This document shows, in pieces, positions 58,504-64,000 of a stretch of DNA of 64,000 bases (position 1 is its first letter; each line of letters begins with the position of its first letter). The DNA is from Candidatus Blackburnbacteria bacterium (GTDB lineage Bacteria > Patescibacteriota > Microgenomatia > UBA8517 > UBA10165), in the NCBI GenBank assembly GCA_016183565.1, contig JACPEJ010000001.1, forward strand, positions 614,479 through 678,478, in the 5' to 3' direction. A program made the position numbers and the translations under genes. The notes beneath the pieces were generated by a model. The model had not been told where the DNA came from. It worked only from the letters and a program-made list of their open reading frames with translations, and searched no databases.

Positions 58504-59214
58504 TTAGCCCATATTCGCGTATACCCGCTGTACATCGTCGTGTTCGTCTAGGTTTTCGAGAAGTCGAAGAGCTTGTTGGCCGCTTGTGGAATCAGAAGTT
58601 GGGACAAGAATTTTTGGTTTAAAAACTAGCTCTGCGCTTTTTATTGCCATGCCGGCTTGTTCTATTTTTTCTTTTGTTTTGAAAAGATCATCAGGTTTGG
58701 TGTGTACCTCAATCCCGTCTTCAACAATTTCTACATCTTCTACTCCAAGGTCAATGATTTCCAGGGCTTGTTCTTCGGGGTTTTTTTTCTTTTCGACGAA
58801 AATTTGGCCAGCGTGCTGGAATTGAAAACTAACAGAGCCGGGGGTACCCAAGGACCCCCCTCCCCTTTCGAAAATATTTTTAACTTCCTGAGCAGTTCTG
58901 TTTTTGTTGTCAGTTACAGCTTCAACTATAATTGCTACTCCGCCAGGGCCATATCCTTCGTAGACAACGTTTTCTATTGTTTTTCCACCTGCCCCATCAG
59001 CTCGACTTATCGCGCGCCCTATATTGTCTTTAGGCATGTTGTATTGCCTAGCTTTTTCGACAAGAGCACGGAGTTGGAGGTTGGTATCGGGATTGGGGCC
59101 AGTTCGTGCAGCCAATGTTATTGCGCGGGCAATTTTAGAAAACATTTGTCCTCTTTTGGAGTCATTAGCTTCTTTTTGTCTTTTAATGGTTGACCATTTG
59201 GAATGTCCGGACAT
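58504..59214 (-). CDS. yebC: YebC/PmpR-family protein
   Basis: MSGHSKW, YEGYGPGG, TDNKNRT and DDVQRVY.N motifs. Confidence 0.96.
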   Translation of the reverse strand: MSGHSKWSTIKRQKEANDSKRGQMFSKIARAITLAARTGPNPDTNLQLRALVEKARQYNMPKDNIGRAISRADGAGGKTIENVVYEGYGPGGVAIIVEAVTDNKNRTAQEVKNIFERGGGSLGTPGSVSFQFQHAGQIFVEKKKNPEEQALEIIDLGVEDVEIVEDGIEVHTKPDDLFKTKEKIEQAGMAIKSAELVFKPKILVPTSDSTSGQQALRLLENLDEHDDVQRVYANMG

Positions 59215-59363
59215 GGTAGGAAGGTAGTACGGGTATTATACCACCCTTGAGGCTCAAGGCGCTGAGGTGAATGGATAGTCACTCTTGACCCTGTTTGAGC
59301 TTAGCATTCGCCTTTACAGTATTATCCATACACGACTCATGCTGCGCTCTTAACGGGGTCTGC

Positions 59364-59399
59364 GCCCCGCTGGTGCAAGCACCATAGCGGGGCTTGACA
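59364..59399. repeat. GCCCCG...CGGGGC hairpin ending in TTGACA
   Basis: gccccgctggtgcaagcaccatagcggggcttgaca. Confidence 0.55.
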
Positions 59400-59618
59400 A
59401 AATTTATTACAGACATATACTCAACTTACCCGAATTTGCAATTTTCTGAAGTTGAGTAGAACCCAATATAGCTATTTGTAGCATGTAAATTAATGTATGT
59501 TAGGTATAATACTCAATTGAACAACCACGTAAAATGAGAAACGTTTAACGGCAAACGGGAAATGGCAAACCCTTAATGCTTTACGTATCACGTTTTGCGT
59601 TTTCCGTATCACGAGTTT

Positions 59619-60344
59619 ATGAATCAACTTGCCCAAAGAGCTGTCCAGGCTGCAATACGAGGCAACTGGCAAGAAGCAGCACAAATAAACGAGGATGTTT
59701 TAAGAGAATCACCAAATGATAAGGATGCTCTTAATCGGCTTGCCCACGCGTACGTTGAGCTTGGTAAACGCCAGCAGGCACTTCTAACTTACAAAAAAGT
59801 AATTAAACTCGATCCTTATAATACAATTGCTAAAAAGGCTGTTGATAGATTGCAAAAACTAAAGGGTAGCGCTTCGCGTGGCCGACCAAGACTTCGACCT
59901 TTACCCAATGGTCAGTCGGCCGTAAAATCAGCGACAGTATTTCTTGAAGAACCCGGTAAGACAAGGACTGTTTCTTTAATCCATCTTGGAAGTAGCACTG
60001 CTCTTTCCAGTTTGGATATTGCGTATGAAGTTAAACTTGTCCCTCATGCTCATCGTGTGTCTGTTGAAATAGGAAGTGGACAGTATATAGGAAGATTGCC
60101 GGACGATATCTCCCGAAGAATAATCAAGTTTTCAAGAGAAGGTAATGAGTATGAGGCCTTTGTCCGTTCTGTTAACCAAGATAGTGTGCGTATATTTATT
60201 AGGGAGACTAAGCGAGGTGTGAGTATAGCGGATATTCCCTCTTTTCCTTTGACTGAAAAACCAAATTACGTTGCTTTTACACCACCTGATCTTATTCACG
60301 ACGAACGACCTGAAGTAGAGAGCCTGGAAGAGGAATCTGAGTGA
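59619..60344 (+). CDS. TPR-containing protein (conserved in CPR)
   Basis: N-terminal TPRs; FLEEPGKT and YIG.LPDD motifs. Confidence 0.8.
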   Translation: MNQLAQRAVQAAIRGNWQEAAQINEDVLRESPNDKDALNRLAHAYVELGKRQQALLTYKKVIKLDPYNTIAKKAVDRLQKLKGSASRGRPRLRPLPNGQSAVKSATVFLEEPGKTRTVSLIHLGSSTALSSLDIAYEVKLVPHAHRVSVEIGSGQYIGRLPDDISRRIIKFSREGNEYEAFVRSVNQDSVRIFIRETKRGVSIADIPSFPLTEKPNYVAFTPPDLIHDERPEVESLEEESE

Positions 60345-60346
60345 GT

Positions 60347-61345
60347 TTAGAAGTATTTCACAAAATCTTCACCTAATATAATTTCTAAGCTCGCGGGGCC
60401 GGCAGGATCCTTTGAATCAGAGGTGCATCCAAAAAGGCCGATGATCTGTTTGGCTGCCCGAGATTTGAGTGTTTTTCCCCTTTCTCGGACTACGCAAACT
60501 TCTTTAAGATTTTCTTGGCCTGTATCAATAGCGACAACTCTAATTCCTAGGATTGAAACCGTGCGGGAGACCTCTGCCCCTACTCCGCTTTTGCCTGTGG
60601 CGTTGGTAATTTTTATTGTTTTTGCTTCTTCGAAAACTTTATCATCGCGCAGGGCGTCTAGAACCAGAACGGTCTTTTCTGGAATGACCAGAAAACCCTT
60701 CTCGCCGTCTGCGAGAAATGACTCTTTAATCGCGCCAGAGGACACAAGATTTATCTCGCGACGATTTAGAGTGCTTACCCGACCAACGGCGACTGCCAGG
60801 TTGAGCCGATCAAAAAAAGTAAGATTTGTTCCGAGTTTGGCGTTAGGTAGTGCCTTAATCATCGAAGGTAAAAACGAGAAACTGCTGTTTTGGAAAAATC
60901 CTTTGCCTTGCCTATTCATCCAACCGTCAATTGGCATTCCTAGGGATTTTTGCACGGAAGATGCAAAAAGTCTTCCTCCTTTTTTCTCTTGGTCGTCAAG
61001 GGCCCAAAGGCTACCTGCCATCCATTCTCCATATCCCATCGCAGAGGTAAGCTGTGTTTCTTTGGGGATTGGGAATGTGATTAGGGTTTGGCTTCGCGGG
61101 TTGTAAGAATAAACAGTTGGGTCAGGGGTTGCTACAACAACAGTTATGCGGCTATTGCCATCCCAAAGTCTGTTTTGCCATGCTAAATATACTTTAAATA
61201 CTACAAATACTAGAACCAAGCTTAGGACAGCTAGAATGAAACGAATTACATAAACTTTGTAAATATCAGTCTTTTTGCGACTTGATGATTTACGACGCGA
61301 TATAGTTTTTCGGGCGCGGGATTGACTTTTGGGTTTTCCGGGCAC
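60347..61345 (-). CDS. LCP/LytR-family membrane protein
   Basis: TM helix; IP..T, LG.PIDG, TNLT.FD; C-terminal NATGKSG. Confidence 0.7.
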   Translation of the reverse strand: MPGKPKSQSRARKTISRRKSSSRKKTDIYKVYVIRFILAVLSLVLVFVVFKVYLAWQNRLWDGNSRITVVVATPDPTVYSYNPRSQTLITFPIPKETQLTSAMGYGEWMAGSLWALDDQEKKGGRLFASSVQKSLGMPIDGWMNRQGKGFFQNSSFSFLPSMIKALPNAKLGTNLTFFDRLNLAVAVGRVSTLNRREINLVSSGAIKESFLADGEKGFLVIPEKTVLVLDALRDDKVFEEAKTIKITNATGKSGVGAEVSRTVSILGIRVVAIDTGQENLKEVCVVRERGKTLKSRAAKQIIGLFGCTSDSKDPAGPASLEIILGEDFVKYF

Positions 61346-61401
61346 TGTATTAAAAGTAACACAGAGAGAACAAGGAAAACAAATTTGTCTTCAACTGATG
61401 A

Positions 61402-63117
61402 TCATTCAATGGCGAAGCGGTTGCGGAAGAGCTTGTTGAGTTCGAGTTGGCTTCGGCCTCTGAAGAAGCCTAGATCGGTCCAGTGATTTCTTAAAGCTTC
61501 CATTACAAATTCTCCTGAGACGACTTCGGGCACAATAACATAGTCAGATCCTGCCTCGTACAAAGTTTTTGCGTCTGAAACAGACGAAGCACGGGTTAAT
61601 ATTGGTGCACGGGCTTTCCTTCTTTTGGCTTCATTAAGAAGAATTAAATTATCGTCTAGGGAAGGAGCTGTTGAGATAATAATCCTTGCTTTTTCAAGGT
61701 TCAAAAATTCTAATGTTTCAGGGTCTCCCAAGTCTCCATACATTGCGGTTATGTGTTCGTTAGTTAAGTTTTGTATTACTCGTGGATTAAAGTCCAAAAC
61801 AACCAATGCTACTCGTTCTCGCCTAAGAAACCTTATAATTTCCCCACCCATGCGGTGCGCTCCTATTAAGACAACATGATCCTTCGATAAAGCTCCGTCT
61901 TTTTTCATCTCAATTTGGTGAATAAATTTGCCTCGCTCAAAAATACTTATAAAAGAAGCGAACTTTTTGTAGAGATTGCGGGATGAGGTAATCATCACAG
62001 AAGAAACCATTATTGAAATGACTGCTGCAAGTGCAATTGCGGTAACCGCTTCTTGCGAGACAACTCCGAGCTTAAGACCAATAACCATGATGATAAGAGA
62101 AAATTCTGAGATTTGTGAGAGATTGAGAGATGTTTGGAAAATAGTGTGCTTGCGGAAACCGAAGGCGCCTAGAATAAACGAGAATATTAACGGCTTAATA
62201 AGAATAGCGTAGAGCGTAAAAATTATAATAAGTGGCAAGGCCAACGCAATATCTTGGAATACTACCTGGGAACCGAGGTAAACAAAGAACAACATAACAA
62301 AAAAGTCGCGCAGGGGTTTAACTTTGCCCTGGATTTCCCAATAGAATGGAGAGTTTGCAAGGGCAAGACCAGCGAGGAATGCGCCGATAACGACAGAAAA
62401 ACCTAACAATACTGAGATTGATACGAATATAAAACACCAAGCCAGGGAGACTAAGAACAGAAGCTCGGGTGAATCCGCAACTACTTTAAATATACGCTTT
62501 AATACATATTTGGATAAGAAAAGAGCAGTTGCTAAAAGTCCTGTGCTCTTAAGAAAGATAGCTAAGACGGGAAACGCTTGAGTTAGCCCGCTATTCAAAA
62601 CAGAATTACCAACAGTCAAAACCATTAAGATTATTATTGCTGCTAAATCCTCAAGAAGAAGGATGCCTATAGAAAGTTTGCCATAAAGCGAGCTTAGGTC
62701 TTTTTTCTCTAATAAAAGTTTTACAACAACGATTGTTGAAGAAAATGCTAAGCCAAATCCCAAAAACAAACTCTCAGCTTGGGTAAATCCAAGTAATGAT
62801 GCTACTCCAAAACCAGTTATACTGGAAAGCAAAATTTGCACAAGGGCACTGACAATTATGGGTTTCCCTAGGTTTTTTATCTCTTTCCAGTCCATCTCCA
62901 TTCCAATCAAAAACAAGACAAAAGCAATCCCGATTTCCGGGAAAACCATGAGGGAGGAGCTAGAAAGATCAAAGACTCGCCAAACGGAGAATAGAACACC
63001 AGTAAGAAGATAGGCTACTATAAGAGGCAGTCTAAGAGTTTTAACTGCGTATCCAATAACTGCAGCTACTCCTAAGACTGCAGCAAGTTCTAAAAACAAT
63101 GAACTGGCATCACCCAC
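61402..63117 (-). CDS. CPA2 cation:proton antiporter with TrkA-N domain (KefB/C-like)
   Basis: SSTIVVVK, ED, GAFLAG, RDFF, SQISEF, IGAHRMG and YGD motifs. Confidence 0.9.
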   Translation of the reverse strand: MGDASSLFLELAAVLGVAAVIGYAVKTLRLPLIVAYLLTGVLFSVWRVFDLSSSSLMVFPEIGIAFVLFLIGMEMDWKEIKNLGKPIIVSALVQILLSSITGFGVASLLGFTQAESLFLGFGLAFSSTIVVVKLLLEKKDLSSLYGKLSIGILLLEDLAAIIILMVLTVGNSVLNSGLTQAFPVLAIFLKSTGLLATALFLSKYVLKRIFKVVADSPELLFLVSLAWCFIFVSISVLLGFSVVIGAFLAGLALANSPFYWEIQGKVKPLRDFFVMLFFVYLGSQVVFQDIALALPLIIIFTLYAILIKPLIFSFILGAFGFRKHTIFQTSLNLSQISEFSLIIMVIGLKLGVVSQEAVTAIALAAVISIMVSSVMITSSRNLYKKFASFISIFERGKFIHQIEMKKDGALSKDHVVLIGAHRMGGEIIRFLRRERVALVVLDFNPRVIQNLTNEHITAMYGDLGDPETLEFLNLEKARIIISTAPSLDDNLILLNEAKRRKARAPILTRASSVSDAKTLYEAGSDYVIVPEVVSGEFVMEALRNHWTDLGFFRGRSQLELNKLFRNRFAIE

Positions 63118-63122
63118 AGTTC

Positions 63123-63157
63123 AAAGGTAGCACAGGTAGTACAGGTAGTACAAGTAG
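63123..63157 (-). repeat. 9-bp tandem array immediately upstream of the antiporter start
   Basis: Reverse complement ctacttgtactacctgtactacctgtgctaccttt. Confidence 0.75.
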
Positions 63158-63181
63158 TATAGGGGAGGCGTGAGAGGCGTT

Positions 63182-63207
63182 TAGCCTTGCAAGGAAGACC
63201 TTGCGAG
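63182..63207 (+). repeat. REP-like family B copy
   Basis: tagccttgcaaggaagaccttgcgag. Confidence 0.65.
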
Positions 63208-63220
63208 GTTACCTTAACTG

Positions 63221-63973
63221 CTAGAGCAGTAAGACATCCTCTAGTTCTTTGGGTAATGGTGCTTCTATGGTTATGTGTTTTTCAGTTACCGGGTGGGTGA
63301 ACGTAAGGCTTTTGGCGTGCAGGAAGAGCCTTGGGCACCATTCTCTGTCTCGTCTTGCGGTTTTTCTCCCTGCATAAAGTATATCTCCTACCACAGGATG
63401 ACCAATGTGTTTTAGGTGAACTCTGATCTGGTGAGTTCGGCCGGTTTTTGGATAGAGCTCAAGCAGGGAAAGCGAGGTTGTAGGTTGTAGGTTGTAGGTT
63501 GTAGGTTGTAGGTTGTAGGTTGTAGAAATTTGGCTTGCCAGTTGATTGATCAACGACTTGACTATGTACAGTGTTTTTGCCTCTCGCCCGTCTTTCAATA
63601 CACCAAATCTTGTTCTTTTCCAAGGAAGCCGACCGACAGGCGCGTTGATTGTCCCTTCAGTTGGTTCTACTCTGCCATGAACTAACGCTACATAGCCCTT
63701 CTCTACTCCCCGTTCTTTAAACTGCTTTTGCAAATTTTCAAAAACCTCCGGAGTTTTAGCAATAAGCAATACGCCGCTTGTTTCTTTGTCTAATCTGTGG
63801 ACTAGCCCGTTTCGCATTTCAAAGTCATGTGCTAGTGGAAAATTGAAATTCGTATCAATCCAATCCTGAAGGGTTTCATCCTCTGTCGCAAAACCTCGGT
63901 TTACAACCATTCCGGAGGGCTTGTTAATAGCAAGTAGATAGTCGTCTTCAAACAATATATGTGGTTGAATCAT
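63221..63973 (-). CDS. RluA/RluD-family pseudouridine synthase
   Basis: NKPSG, HRLDKETSG, TGRTHQIRVH, GD.LY and LHA motifs. Confidence 0.95.
   Translation of the reverse strand: MIQPHILFEDDYLLAINKPSGMVVNRGFATEDETLQDWIDTNFNFPLAHDFEMRNGLVHRLDKETSGVLLIAKTPEVFENLQKQFKERGVEKGYVALVHGRVEPTEGTINAPVGRLPWKRTRFGVLKDGREAKTLYIVKSLINQLASQISTTYNLQPTTYNLQPTTSLSLLELYPKTGRTHQIRVHLKHIGHPVVGDILYAGRKTARRDREWCPRLFLHAKSLTFTHPVTEKHITIEAPLPKELEDVLLL
63475..63525. repeat. Perfect (AGGTTGT)7 tandem repeat inside the pseudouridine synthase gene
   Basis: Seven units plus AG; encodes TTYNLQPTTYNLQPTT. Confidence 0.95.
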
Positions 63974-64000
63974 AAACGGAATCTGAAGAATGTGTGGAAA

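Noticed and set aside
1-64000. Alternative genetic code (TGA recoding)
   Set aside because: TGA ends several bona fide genes (e.g. PBP1A, pilC, pilD), and conserved genes are uninterrupted

Overview
Chromosomal segment of a small-genome bacterium, most likely CPR/Patescibacteria of Microgenomates type. This is inferred from the short trigger factor and PheT, the rpmF-nusB-rnc-rpsP-khpA order, a type IV pilus locus without secretin, and few SD sites. The standard genetic code is used. Content is mostly housekeeping: thrS-infC-rpmI-rplT-pheS-pheT, tyrS, recG, murE, PBP1A, gyrB-hppA-gyrA, a Xer recombinase, yebC, tRNA-Leu and tRNA-Val. There is also a ~14 kb type IV pilus locus and a RelE/HTH toxin-antitoxin pair. 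The most unusual layer is small mobile/repeat DNA. A RAYT-type HUH/Y1 transposase (45838-46512) is flanked by a palindromic REP (TTCCAC(C)TCCC(AG/GAT)GTGGAA) with about 9 same-orientation copies in the window. Some copies lie in frame inside proteins and three carry nested foreign hairpins. Other repeat families are inserted in frame in MurE, GyrA, RecG and RluA. A 163-bp MITE appears to have replaced the start of thpR. GyrA carries an HNH intein at a GNFG|S site. A promoter- and terminator-bounded ~150-nt structured RNA of unknown family lies at 1886-2034. All family assignments come from motif recognition, not database searches.
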